Source: Bacteroidota bacterium (GTDB lineage: Bacteria; Bacteroidota; Bacteroidia; UKL13-3). Taken from it: a stretch of DNA of 64,000 nt. Location of the stretch: the NCBI GenBank assembly GCA_947464275.1, contig CANHVU010000014.1:10324-74323 (forward strand), in the 5' to 3' direction. The position numbers and the translations under genes were made by a program. Of the stretch, positions 1 through 9,944 are shown one piece after another (the stretch's first letter is position 1; every line of letters starts with the position of its first letter). The notes beneath the pieces were generated by a model. It was not told where the DNA came from. It ran no database searches and saw only the letters and a program-made list of their open reading frames with translations.

Positions 1-75
1 CATTTATTGCAAATACACCCCATCAGCAATTTAAAAATTTATGCCAAATACAGAAACTTAAACTTTTAATAAACC

Positions 76-792
76 ATGAATAACAACCATCAAACCAACA
101 TGACCAAAACTATAGTTTGGCTTACAGCCTTTAGCATTGCCATGGGCTTTTTAGAAAGTGCGGTAGTAATTTATATCCGCGAAATGTATTACCCGGCAGG
201 ATTCAATTTTCCTTTGGTTGATATCAAACGAAATATTGTAGTTGTTGAACTTTGGCGCGAATTAGCCACCATTATTATGCTTGCAGCAATTGGCTATTTA
301 ACAGGAAAAACCAAAGCACAACGATTTGTATTTTTCTTATTTAGCTTTGGCGTTTGGGATATTTTTTACTACGTATTCTTAAAATTATTTTTAAACTGGC
401 CAATAAGTGTTTTTACTTGGGATATTTTGTTCTTATTACCTGTACCTTGGATTGGACCAGTATTAGCGCCTTGTTTGGTATCGCTTAGTATGATAGGTTT
501 AACATTTTTAGTTCTATGGCTCGAAAGTAAAAACTATGAAGTAAGTTTTAAAGTAAAACACCATTTGGTATTAGCTGGAGGCTGCCTCATTATAATTAGC
601 ACTTTTGTTATTGATTATTTGCAACTATTATTTTTAGGTAAAAACAATTTAGCTCCTGAAAAAATGTTGGTCGTATTTAAACATTACGAACCTACACACT
701 ACAATTGGAGCTTTTTCGTAATAGGCTTTATTACCATTACTTACGGAGGATATCTGCTTTGGAAAGATCATTTTAAAAAAGAAAAAATTTAA
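76..792 (+). CDS. Conserved hypothetical integral membrane protein
   Basis: 238-aa ORF with about 6 hydrophobic segments (MGFLESAVVIYIR, WDIFYYVFL, PVPWIGPVLAP); start could be the ATG at 100. Confidence 0.75.
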   Translation: MNNNHQTNMTKTIVWLTAFSIAMGFLESAVVIYIREMYYPAGFNFPLVDIKRNIVVVELWRELATIIMLAAIGYLTGKTKAQRFVFFLFSFGVWDIFYYVFLKLFLNWPISVFTWDILFLLPVPWIGPVLAPCLVSLSMIGLTFLVLWLESKNYEVSFKVKHHLVLAGGCLIIISTFVIDYLQLLFLGKNNLAPEKMLVVFKHYEPTHYNWSFFVIGFITITYGGYLLWKDHFKKEKI

Positions 793-813
793 ATTAACGA
801 TTTTCAAGTTAAC

Positions 814-1893
814 CTATTTTCTGAACGAATAAACCACTCTAAAATCAATAAAATTAGCAACTTGCGCATGGGCTAATAAATTTATACCCATGTTCAGGTT
901 GCTTTTTGTTTTATATAACAAACCCCATCGGTGGTACACATTACTAAAATAAGTTGATTCATTAAATAAATAATAACCCAATTGTTGCGAAAAAATAAAA
1001 TTGCCCAATAAAAATTCGTGCCCTATGGTAAATCCGTTTCTTAAATTACTTTTATTGATTCCAGCTCGTTTAAGATTTTCTTTCAATGCATTATCTATTA
1101 TGAGTTCATTACCCAGAGTTAATGCATTAATACGACCAATTTGATGGCTATAATTTACATTTACACCATAAATTAAAAACCGTTCTTTTTCGCCAATTGC
1201 AATGGTTTTAGAACTAACAAAAGTACCAATATCCAGTCTTTTTTGTTTTAAATAACTCGCATTCTTTTTAGTAAAATTGGGTAACTCATTATTAGTTGGA
1301 TTATAGGTTAACCTAATATTAGCCGTTGGCCAATTAATGCCTTTGTTTGGGTCTTTAATTCCACCATTTGAAATATGCAAATAATTACCAACTAACGATA
1401 GTTGAAATTGTTTGGTAATGGCATATTGTACTCCAACTCCCAAACCAACGTATATACTAACTGGCAAACTATAACTTCTATTGCTTGGATTTGAGTTAGC
1501 ATTATAAGGATTACTTAAAAATGAAAGGCCTCCAAAGGCATCAAAAAGTAATTTAGATTTTTTGGTAAGTTTAAATTGTGGTTCAAAATTATAAAATATA
1601 GATGCGGCTTTACCAAGAACTGCATTGTCAAAATCAAAGTAATTAAAGCCAAAACCAGTATTTAAAAAACAATTGCAATTTTGCCATGCTTTTTCAGTTA
1701 AATTTTGAGTAGTATAAATTAACTCTACCCCAAAAGGATTAGCACCAGCAGTATTTTGAACATCTTCGCTATGCGCAAAAATAAAACCATAATGAGAACC
1801 AAGCGTAAAACCTTTTAGTTCAAGCGGCTTATCTAACTGAGCACATAAATCAGATACCGTTAGGAGAAATACAAATAAAATTTTCCATTTCAT
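814..1893 (-). CDS. Outer-membrane beta-barrel, acyloxyacyl hydrolase / PagL-like family
   Basis: Signal peptide, alternating beta-strand pattern, PagL-like HISNG..KDPNKGIN motif, aromatic C-terminus (VVYSFRK). Confidence 0.7.
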   Translation of the reverse strand: MKWKILFVFLLTVSDLCAQLDKPLELKGFTLGSHYGFIFAHSEDVQNTAGANPFGVELIYTTQNLTEKAWQNCNCFLNTGFGFNYFDFDNAVLGKAASIFYNFEPQFKLTKKSKLLFDAFGGLSFLSNPYNANSNPSNRSYSLPVSIYVGLGVGVQYAITKQFQLSLVGNYLHISNGGIKDPNKGINWPTANIRLTYNPTNNELPNFTKKNASYLKQKRLDIGTFVSSKTIAIGEKERFLIYGVNVNYSHQIGRINALTLGNELIIDNALKENLKRAGINKSNLRNGFTIGHEFLLGNFIFSQQLGYYLFNESTYFSNVYHRWGLLYKTKSNLNMGINLLAHAQVANFIDFRVVYSFRK

Positions 1894-1914
1894 TCACCAT
1901 AAAACACCTATCCA

Positions 1915-2316
1915 TCAATTTTTGTTTTTTGGAGTTATTGTAATCATTTCTAATAAAGTAGCCGACAGAATGCCGATGGCATAAGCCAATAAATCGCTCC
2001 AAAGAAAGCCAGAACCTAATACCAAAGCACCAAGGGTATTACTTCTGATGGCATTAATCCAAGGTGCTTGGTATAGTTGGCTAACCTCAATTGCATAGCA
2101 AAATAACAAACTAAAAACTGCTATTTGCTTTGATAATTTATTGGCAAATACAAATGCCATCATTACATAAATCATAGCAGCCCAAATGGCATCGCCTAAA
2201 TATGTATTTACTAAATCAGGCAATAGGTAACTAAACTTTCGCGATAGAATACCTAAACACATTACAAAGGGAATTAACAGTAAGTAAATTTTTCTATTGC
2301 GTTGCATGAAAATCAA
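1915..2316 (-). CDS. DUF2809-like membrane protein
   Basis: YLGDAIWA, IEVSQLYQ and LVLGSGFLWSDLLAY motifs; start may be 2307. Confidence 0.75.
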   Translation of the reverse strand: MIFMQRNRKIYLLLIPFVMCLGILSRKFSYLLPDLVNTYLGDAIWAAMIYVMMAFVFANKLSKQIAVFSLLFCYAIEVSQLYQAPWINAIRSNTLGALVLGSGFLWSDLLAYAIGILSATLLEMITITPKNKN

Positions 2317-2330
2317 ATGGTATTAAATAA

Positions 2331-2362
2331 AAAAACGAGCTAAGAAACCTTAGCTCGTTTTT
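2331..2362 (-). terminator. Intrinsic terminator
   Basis: AAAAACGAGCTAAG-aaac-CTTAGCTCGTTTTT perfect hairpin with A/T tails just after the 2383-4881 stop. Confidence 0.85.
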
Positions 2363-2382
2363 AATTACTTTGAAATGATTAA

Positions 2383-4881
2383 TTACTCAATCACTAGTTT
2401 TTTAGTGCTTGTTCCTTCGTTTGAAGTTACTTGAACAAAATACATTCCTTTAGGTAAATCAGCAACTGAAAGTTCCATTACATTAACACCAGAAACTAAT
2501 TTGCCATCCATTGATTTAACAATGGCACCTTTGATGTCAATAATATTTATTTGAGCATTATTGCTGCTAGTAGCATTTACCATTACTGAAACTTTATCAC
2601 TTGCAGGATTAGGGAAAATTACTAAACCATTTTCATTTGAATTAACGTTTTTAACATTAGTTCCACGTTCCCTTGTAAATGAATCAACCTTTCCATTACT
2701 CCAAGCTATGTAAAATCCTATATTCAAATTCTTGTCTAAAGCATTTAAAATAGAGTCAGCCTTATTAGCGGCTCTTGCTATTACATAAGTTTTATTGATT
2801 GGATTTTGAGTAGTGCCAATATTGATGGTAGTATCTTTATAATTTACAGCTAAATTTAAATTAACTCCTGAAGCAAATAATACTCCTGCTAATCCATTTT
2901 TTCCTACTAAATTAACTGAATAAGTAAACAAACCAGTATTTGTATTTGCATCTGTAACAGTATAAGCAGCTCCAGCATTTCCTTTTGTAGGCATGTATTT
3001 ATAAACTGATCCGTAAGAATTATTTTTAGCAACAAATAATGGCTCTTGGTCGCCTTGCATATTTAATTTACCAACGTTTGTTCCTCCATGGAAGAAAATA
3101 ACTTCATTGGTTGGGTTAGGGAATGAAGAAGTCAATTTAGCAGGACTAATTAGTTTCACACTAAAATTAGTTGAAATTGCTTCAGGATTTACCCTATAAG
3201 GAGTACCAATAAAACCATGAGCAATAGCAATATTGAAATTAGAATCAGGTAACATGCTTGCAGACCAAAGTGAATTTGCAGTATCAATTGCATTTCCATT
3301 CACAATATTAATTCTTACAGGAACATAAGCATCAGTTGAAGCAATTCCTGTGGTTTTTCTGAAACCTAAATCATCTACTATTTTTGAACCATTAGCATAA
3401 ATATCAACCATGCGAATAGTGGTGTCAGGTGAATTATGAATAATTTGTAATTTATTTTTCAAACGCTGTAACTCTAAAACTGTTCCATTATTTAATGCTA
3501 ACATAACTTTAAATGATGGAGTGTTAAAAAATCCGGTAGTAAATATAACACCTGATTGATTTGATAAAGTAGCGCCATTTAATAAAAATGCACCATTGTA
3601 TTTTGTTTTATCATTATTACTTATGTTAAATATTACATTAGAACTGGTAGATTTTAATGCAGACAATGAAGAATAAGACAAACTACCAATTAAACTTGCT
3701 TGATTAGCTACATTATTAATATTTAGTTGCGGAGCATCAGTACAACCGTTAGCTACTAAATATTGAAAACTACCTGTAACTAATGAACCCTCAGGCATAC
3801 TATCATTCGCTATAATATTAAACATTCTGTTTAAACCTTCAGGATTACTCTCAAAACTCGTGGTATCTTTTAAACCTAAAGCCATGGCTAAATATGATTT
3901 ACCCGAAACTAAATTAACTGCAGGAATTCTGAATAATGTATCATTTTGACCAACACTAGAAACCAACACCTCAGTATTACCTGTATTTGCAGTGATAAAT
4001 GGAGTTGCTGCTTTATAAGCTAAATTAGAAACAACCTTAACTTGGTTAAAATAAATATCTACATTACCTAAAGCTGCATCTGGAGCATTATGAATAAATT
4101 GAATTCTAGTAGCTTCTGGTAATTCAATTACTGTTCCGTTAGTATCTACTGCAAACATACCAAATGCTTTTCCATTTTGGTTATCAATTGGAGTTACAAA
4201 ACCTGAAGCAAAAACTGTAATCAATTTTTGGTTAAATAAGGCCAAATTAGCGCTGTATGCCTTTATTACGGAACGAGTTCCAGTTAAACGAGCTTCTAAA
4301 TAGGTAGCAGTATTGTTAAAAAACAATGCTTGTGCACCACCATTAGCTTGAGCAAAACGTAAATTAGTTGGTAAAGTACCAGTTGCTAATGCGGGGCGAG
4401 AAACTATATCAACTCCAGGAGCATCTGTTACACCGTGAAATACATTTACTTGAACTCTGTTAGCTGCAGCAGCCCAATTAGTAATTGTTTTAGTAACCAA
4501 CTGCACAGCTGTGCTTAGCGAGTTTGGATTAACAGCAAAACTAGCAGTATTAGCCACACCAGTTACCATCATAACAGTATTTGAGTTAGCTGCCACATTT
4601 TGGCTAAAACGAACCAAAACTAAATCGCTACTATCTATACTATTTTTATCATTAATATTAATTTTTACCGATGATGAAGCAGCTGTCATAATACCAGTAG
4701 CTTGTCTAAAAGCTACGTTATCTAGCTTATTTCCATCAATATAAATATCTACTGTATCCAAAACAGGATCAGCAGCATTGTGAATTAATTGAAAGCGTGC
4801 CGTTTGAGCATTGGCAGAATAAAAAACTGCACTTGCCATCACAGCAAATAATGATTTCTTGATTATGTTAAAGTGTTTCAT
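2383..4881 (-). CDS. Multi-DUF4397-domain protein with T9SS type A sorting domain
   Basis: Signal peptide; repeated (Q/V)xxH(N/G)xxD..VDIY units; C-terminal IFPNPASD...LPKGMYFV...TKKLVIE. Confidence 0.85.
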   Translation of the reverse strand: MKHFNIIKKSLFAVMASAVFYSANAQTARFQLIHNAADPVLDTVDIYIDGNKLDNVAFRQATGIMTAASSSVKININDKNSIDSSDLVLVRFSQNVAANSNTVMMVTGVANTASFAVNPNSLSTAVQLVTKTITNWAAAANRVQVNVFHGVTDAPGVDIVSRPALATGTLPTNLRFAQANGGAQALFFNNTATYLEARLTGTRSVIKAYSANLALFNQKLITVFASGFVTPIDNQNGKAFGMFAVDTNGTVIELPEATRIQFIHNAPDAALGNVDIYFNQVKVVSNLAYKAATPFITANTGNTEVLVSSVGQNDTLFRIPAVNLVSGKSYLAMALGLKDTTSFESNPEGLNRMFNIIANDSMPEGSLVTGSFQYLVANGCTDAPQLNINNVANQASLIGSLSYSSLSALKSTSSNVIFNISNNDKTKYNGAFLLNGATLSNQSGVIFTTGFFNTPSFKVMLALNNGTVLELQRLKNKLQIIHNSPDTTIRMVDIYANGSKIVDDLGFRKTTGIASTDAYVPVRINIVNGNAIDTANSLWSASMLPDSNFNIAIAHGFIGTPYRVNPEAISTNFSVKLISPAKLTSSFPNPTNEVIFFHGGTNVGKLNMQGDQEPLFVAKNNSYGSVYKYMPTKGNAGAAYTVTDANTNTGLFTYSVNLVGKNGLAGVLFASGVNLNLAVNYKDTTINIGTTQNPINKTYVIARAANKADSILNALDKNLNIGFYIAWSNGKVDSFTRERGTNVKNVNSNENGLVIFPNPASDKVSVMVNATSSNNAQINIIDIKGAIVKSMDGKLVSGVNVMELSVADLPKGMYFVQVTSNEGTSTKKLVIE

Positions 4882-5144
4882 CTATTATATTTTAGTATTT
4901 ATTTTTAAAATTACTTATTTATTAAAAATAAGGTTAGATATTGGCAAATATAACCTTTGCCTGAATAATTCAAATAGTAATATTTAATTGCAAAAAGGTT
5001 GCTTTCAGTGCTTTATTTTTTTTCTAATAATTGACCACTGATTTAAACCTCAAATATTTATGTATTTAAATCTAAATTCAAAAAATTAAACTCAAAAAAA
5101 AACCTCGACCCAAAAGGCCAAGGTTTTTATTTATGTTTCAAAAA

Positions 5145-6284
5145 TTATTTTAAAATTTCTCTCGAAATAACAATTTTTTGAACCTCGCTAGTTCCTTCGT
5201 AAATTTGGGTAATTTTAGCATCACGCATTAAACGCTCTACATGGTATTCTTTAACAAAACCATAACCACCATGAATTTGAACTGCTTCTACAGTAGTATC
5301 CATTGCTACTTGCGATGCATATAATTTAGCCATTGAACTAACCAAAGCATAATCGCCATGCGTATCTTTTAAATAAGCCGCTTTTAAGCAAAGTAAACGA
5401 GCCGCTTCAATATTAGTAGCCATATCAGCTAATTTAAATTGAATAGCTTGGTGGTTCATAATTTCAGTACCAAATGCTTTACGTTGTTTTGAATAAGCTA
5501 AAGCCAACTCATATGCACCGCTGGCTATACCTAAAGCTTGCGAAGCAATACCAATACGTCCACCAGCTAATGTTTTCATAGCAAATTTAAATCCAAAACC
5601 GTCTTCACCAATTCTGTTTTCTTTTGGAACTTTAACATCGGTAAACATAATAGAGTGTGTATCGCTACCTCTAATACCCATTTTATCTTCTTTTTTACCA
5701 ACTGTTACACCCGGCCAGTTTTTTTCAACAATAAATGCATTGATACCTTTGTGTTTTTTCTCCACATCGGTTTGTGCAATTACTAAGTAATACTCAGCTG
5801 TATTACCATTGGTAATCCAGTTTTTGGTACCATTTAATAAGTAATAATCACCTTTATCTTCAGCAGTGGTTCTTTGACTTGTAGCATCACTACCTGCTTC
5901 TGGCTCCGAAAGTAAAAAAGCACCCCAGCATTTTCCGCTAGCCATTGGCACTAAGTATTTTTGTTTTTGCTCTTCGTTACCAAAAGTTTCTAAACCCCAG
6001 CATACCAATGAGTTATTAACTGAAACCACAACCGAAGCAGAAGCATCTACTTTCGAAAATTCTTCCATTGCCAATACGTAACTGATGGTATCCATACCAC
6101 TTCCACCGTATTTAGGGTCAACCATCATACCTAAAAATCCAAGTTCACCCAATTTTTTAACTTGTTCCATTGGGAATTTTTGGTGCTCATCGCGCTCAAT
6201 TACGCCTGGTAATAATTCTGTTTGAGCAAAATCGCGAGCTGCTTGTTGCACATTTAAGTGTTCTTCGGTAAATTGAAAATTCAT
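5145..6284 (-). CDS. Acyl-CoA dehydrogenase (short-chain/butyryl-CoA type)
   Basis: LSEPEAGSDA, NGTKNWITN, QIHGGYGF and IYEGTSEVQ signatures. Confidence 0.95.
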   Translation of the reverse strand: MNFQFTEEHLNVQQAARDFAQTELLPGVIERDEHQKFPMEQVKKLGELGFLGMMVDPKYGGSGMDTISYVLAMEEFSKVDASASVVVSVNNSLVCWGLETFGNEEQKQKYLVPMASGKCWGAFLLSEPEAGSDATSQRTTAEDKGDYYLLNGTKNWITNGNTAEYYLVIAQTDVEKKHKGINAFIVEKNWPGVTVGKKEDKMGIRGSDTHSIMFTDVKVPKENRIGEDGFGFKFAMKTLAGGRIGIASQALGIASGAYELALAYSKQRKAFGTEIMNHQAIQFKLADMATNIEAARLLCLKAAYLKDTHGDYALVSSMAKLYASQVAMDTTVEAVQIHGGYGFVKEYHVERLMRDAKITQIYEGTSEVQKIVISREILK

Positions 6285-6523
6285 ATATGTATTTTAGTTT
6301 GTTGCGAATATATAATTTTAAGAGATACTATTATAAACTCAAATAAAAATCAATTGTTTTTGTTTTTGTTTTGATTAATTGTTTAGTTCATTAATTGCTT
6401 AATTTCCGTTGGCTATACTTCGACAAGCTCAGTAACCACTAACGGCAATTTATCATTTGCTAATTGCTTATTGTCTATTGTCCGTTGCCAATTGCCTATT
6501 GCTCAACTCTCATCTTTCAATTC

Positions 6524-6886
6524 TCATTTCTCTTTCAAAATAAACCAAGCCCAAGCTATCAATACAAACTGGAACGGTAAACGTATATATGCTACTAACT
6601 TGCTTCCTACCACAGGATTTTCTTTAAAAACATCAATTACATGAAGTGGTAAAAACGCCAACATCAAAATAAAAATACCTAAAGTACCAAACTTGCTGTA
6701 ACGAGGTATTAAAGTGCATAAACCAACCACTATTTCTAAAATTCCACTTCCGTAAATGATTGCAATTTGTGGCCATTGATCAGGGAAGAATGGCAAATAC
6801 ACTGCTGGACTAATAAAGTGCATTACTCCCGCAAGAATCATGATTACTCCAAATACTATGGTTAATATACGCTTTGAATTTTTCAT
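6524..6886 (-). CDS. DoxX/MauE-like membrane protein
   Basis: 120 aa, four TM segments, AGVMHF..P and RLPFQ motifs. Confidence 0.75.
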   Translation of the reverse strand: MKNSKRILTIVFGVIMILAGVMHFISPAVYLPFFPDQWPQIAIIYGSGILEIVVGLCTLIPRYSKFGTLGIFILMLAFLPLHVIDVFKENPVVGSKLVAYIRLPFQFVLIAWAWFILKEK

Positions 6887-7029
6887 TTTATGGTATTTAT
6901 CTGTTTTACTAATTGCAATCTATTTGCTGCAAGGTAAGGGAATTACCCTTTTAATAGGCCTATTTTTATTTTGAAATATTTGTTTTAAAATTGTTAATGA
7001 TAATAACGGTGGTGAAATTCAGAAATAGT

Positions 7030-7067
7030 TTGTTGGTGTCGCTTCGCTAAAACACCAACAACGGCAA
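7030..7067 (+). repeat. Long-loop REP-like palindrome (family B), copy 1
   Basis: TTGTTGGTGT-cgcttcgctaaa-ACACCAACAA followed by the tail CGGCAA. Confidence 0.85.
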
Positions 7068-7141
7068 AAAATATAATTGTAAGCGATGAGACTGCAATAG
7101 CAGAAAAGATATTTTAACAACAGTGTAACATATAAATAAAA

Positions 7142-8038
7142 ATGAGAAAAATAATTTACATATACTTTATCATAATTTGTTTTATAAGTTGTTCTTCAGC
7201 ACAAGACAATGAAAAGCAAGCAAGTATTAATTCCATCTTCGACAAAATGGAACTTCAAGGTGTGGACACTAAAAAACCATTGCTGTATGGTTTTTTCTTT
7301 TACGATAAGGATAAATTTAAACTTGAAAAACTAAAAGATGAACTGGTAAAGAACGATTATAAAGTGGTTAGACTTGAAATAACAGAAAAACAACTGTTTA
7401 TTCTTCATGTTGAAAAAGTAGAAATACATTCAAGAACTTCGCTTTTTGATAGAGAAAATCAACTCGACAAATTGTCTAAAAAATTTCAAGTAGCAACTTA
7501 TGACGGTTGGGATGTTGGGAATGCAGACCCTACAAAACCTTTGGTTTCAGAAAACAAACCCGATAATTATTTTGACTCCAAATCGAACGAAGAACTTTTT
7601 ACAATTGCAAATGGATTTTACGACAGCGAAACAAACGACAAAGCAGTTTTGGTTTTCCAAAAGTGCATAGAACGTAACTATAAATTAGACACTTGCTATT
7701 ACAAACAAGGTGTTAGCTATATAAGCTTAGGACAAACTAAAATAGGACTTGAAAAACTTGAAGAGGCTTTAAAAATAAATCCAAAATATTATAAAGCATG
7801 TTTCAATATTGGTGTAACCTGTTCTGAAAATAAAGAGTATCAAAAATCAATTGACTATTACCAAAAAGCAGCAAAACTTGATCCCAAAGACGATAGAGCT
7901 TATTATGGAATTGCTGCCTCTCAATATATTTTAGGAAAACTCAAAGATGCTGAGTTTAATTGCCTAACAGCTTTAAAAATTAACCCCAATAATGCCAACG
8001 CAAATACACTTTTAAATAACATAAAAAAGAAACATTAA
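7142..8038 (+). CDS. Putative lipoprotein: RraB-like domain plus C-terminal TPR repeats
   Basis: Lipobox-like FISC; N-terminal domain YGFFF...LHVEK...YDGWDVG resembles the RraB family; TPRs such as ALKINPKYYKACFNIG and AAKLDPKDDRAYYG. Confidence 0.65.
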   Translation: MRKIIYIYFIIICFISCSSAQDNEKQASINSIFDKMELQGVDTKKPLLYGFFFYDKDKFKLEKLKDELVKNDYKVVRLEITEKQLFILHVEKVEIHSRTSLFDRENQLDKLSKKFQVATYDGWDVGNADPTKPLVSENKPDNYFDSKSNEELFTIANGFYDSETNDKAVLVFQKCIERNYKLDTCYYKQGVSYISLGQTKIGLEKLEEALKINPKYYKACFNIGVTCSENKEYQKSIDYYQKAAKLDPKDDRAYYGIAASQYILGKLKDAEFNCLTALKINPNNANANTLLNNIKKKH

Positions 8039-8200
8039 TGTAAATTAATAACCACAGTTTTTTAGCCGAAATTAGACTCGCGGCCAACATTTATAAGGAT
8101 TGAAATATAATTTCAAGAAAGTACTCTACAACCAATAAAAGAAAAATCACTATTCCATATTTAAAAATATTTATACTTGAGATAAAAACATTGAAAGAAA

Positions 8201-8449
8201 ATGAAAGTTGATTTAAACATCCAAAACAAAAAACTTGAATTGATACAGTGGGTTTCAAGTTTAAATGATATATCAATTTTAGAAAAAATTACTGAATTAA
8301 GAAAACAAGAAAGTAAAGATTGGTGGCTTTCAATTTCAGAATCAGAAAAAAAATCAATTGATAAGGGCACAGCAGATGCCGAAGAGGATAAACTAAACAC
8401 TCATTCCGAAGCAAGAAAACTTTATGAAAAGTGGTTAAAACAATCCTAG
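8201..8449 (+). CDS. Putative type II antitoxin / addiction-module component (orphan)
   Basis: KLELIQW...DWWxxIS..EKKSIDKG..D pattern of small Bacteroidota proteins that usually precede RelE/ParE toxins. Confidence 0.6.
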   Translation: MKVDLNIQNKKLELIQWVSSLNDISILEKITELRKQESKDWWLSISESEKKSIDKGTADAEEDKLNTHSEARKLYEKWLKQS

Positions 8450-8451
8450 CC

Positions 8452-8627
8452 AACATTCCATATAATTGCAGACGTTTGAAATAGGAGAAATATGTTGTTT
8501 GTGCCGCTTCGCTAAAACACCAACAACGGCAAAACATTTAAAGGCATCAAAATGTAATTGTGGGCGTGTTGAAATTCTAGCGATAAAATTTTGTTGGTGT
8601 CTCTTCGCTAAAACACCAACCACGGCA
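8452..8627 (+). repeat. Tandem pair of family-B REP units (96-bp period)
   Basis: Palindromes at ~8493-8532 and ~8591-8627, each preceded by an AT(A/G)TAATTG...TTGAAAT linker; CACCAAC at 8518 and 8614. Confidence 0.85.
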
Positions 8628-8659
8628 GTAAAAATAAATTTATTAAATAATTAAAGCTT

Positions 8660-9118
8660 ATGAAAAGAGTACAATTCATTGTAAAAATAAATGCCCCTAA
8701 AAATAAGGTATATGATTTAATGCTGGGCATTAGCAAAAAACTAACATATGAACAATGGACTGCGTTATTCAATCCCACATCTAGCTACGAGGGGAATTGG
8801 AATAAGGGCAGCAAAATGTTATTTGTAGGAACTGATGAGAATGGAGAAAAGGGTGGATTGGTTTCGGAAATAATGGAAAATATAATTAACCAATTTATTT
8901 CTATTCGTCATTACGGACTTGTAAAAGCAAATGAAGAAATAACAGAAGGAACAGAAGTAGAAAAATGGGCAAATGGTTTTGAAAACTACACGTTTGAAGA
9001 AAATAATGAAACTACTACAGTAACTGTTGACTTAGATACAACAGAAGATTTTTTGGATTATATGAACGAAACCTACCCTAAGGCACTTGAAAAGTTGAAA
9101 GAAATATGCGAAGAGTAG
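8660..9118 (+). CDS. SRPBCC/AHSA1-like domain protein
   Basis: INAPKNKVY...YEQWT..F...ENYTFEE...ALEKLKEICE pattern. Confidence 0.8.
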   Translation: MKRVQFIVKINAPKNKVYDLMLGISKKLTYEQWTALFNPTSSYEGNWNKGSKMLFVGTDENGEKGGLVSEIMENIINQFISIRHYGLVKANEEITEGTEVEKWANGFENYTFEENNETTTVTVDLDTTEDFLDYMNETYPKALEKLKEICEE

Positions 9119-9134
9119 AATAACTCAAAAACTT

Positions 9135-9225
9135 AACATTTAGATGTATTGAAATATAATTGCGGGCAAATTGAAATAGTATAAATACAATATTATTGGT
9201 GTCGTTTCGTTATAACACTTTCAAC
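9135..9225 (+). repeat. Degenerate family-B unit (linker plus decayed palindrome)
   Basis: AACATTTAGATGTATTGAAATATAATTGCGGGC...TTGAAAT followed by TTGGTGTCGTTTCGTTATAACAC. Confidence 0.7.
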
Positions 9226-9257
9226 AGTATTAAACATAAACAATTTAAACAAAAAAC

Positions 9258-9845
9258 ATGAACACTAAAATTTTAAAAAATGTAGTAATCGTTTTGATAA
9301 CGGCAACATTATTCTCTTTCGACATGCCAAACGGTTGGCACAAAGCTGGCAGTAGGCCAGAATGTTATGATATGGGCTTAGACAAAGGCGCAGGACCTGA
9401 TGGAAAAAACGCTGCAACAATAAAATCAATTTCTAAAAAAACAAAGGGAGGTTTTGGAACATTGATGCAAAGTTGCAATGCTCAAAAATATTTGGGTAAA
9501 AGAGTTAAAATGACTGGTTATGTAAAAACGGAAGATGTTAAAGGTTGGGCTGGCTTGTGGTTAAGAGTAGATGAAGCATCATACGGTAGTAAACCTTTGG
9601 GTTTTGACAACATGGGAAATAGACCAATTAAAAAAACTACTGATTGGAAAAAATATGAAATTATTATGGATGTTCCAGCTAATGCAAGTAACCTTGCTTA
9701 TGGTTCATTGCTTGTAGGGCAAGGGCAAGTTTGGTTCAGTAATATTAACTTTGAAATAGTTGACGCGTCAATTCCTACAACCAATAAAGACTGCAATGTT
9801 TGTTCTACCATATTAAGCGAACCTACCAATTTAAACCTTGACTAA
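9258..9845 (+). CDS. Secreted hypothetical protein, galactose-binding/CBM-like beta-sandwich
   Basis: Signal peptide; FGTLMQ...YLGKRV...WAGLWLRVD...FDNM..RPI...TDWKKYEI motif set, like the domain found appended to AraC regulators and erythromycin esterases. Confidence 0.65.
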   Translation: MNTKILKNVVIVLITATLFSFDMPNGWHKAGSRPECYDMGLDKGAGPDGKNAATIKSISKKTKGGFGTLMQSCNAQKYLGKRVKMTGYVKTEDVKGWAGLWLRVDEASYGSKPLGFDNMGNRPIKKTTDWKKYEIIMDVPANASNLAYGSLLVGQGQVWFSNINFEIVDASIPTTNKDCNVCSTILSEPTNLNLD

Positions 9846-9944
9846 TATTAATAACACCAGCCTTTCGAGATTTGCAATTCAAAATTATTTAATAAAAAAT
9901 TTGTAATCCTTGTAAAAGGGTGGTGTTACTTTAAGAAAAAGTAA

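Noticed and set aside
8289-8654. Short ORFs 8289-8537, 8435-8623 and 8466-8654
   Set aside because: They are translations of the family-B repeats (repeated AKTPTTA / VGVLAKRH) or shadows of 8201-8449.
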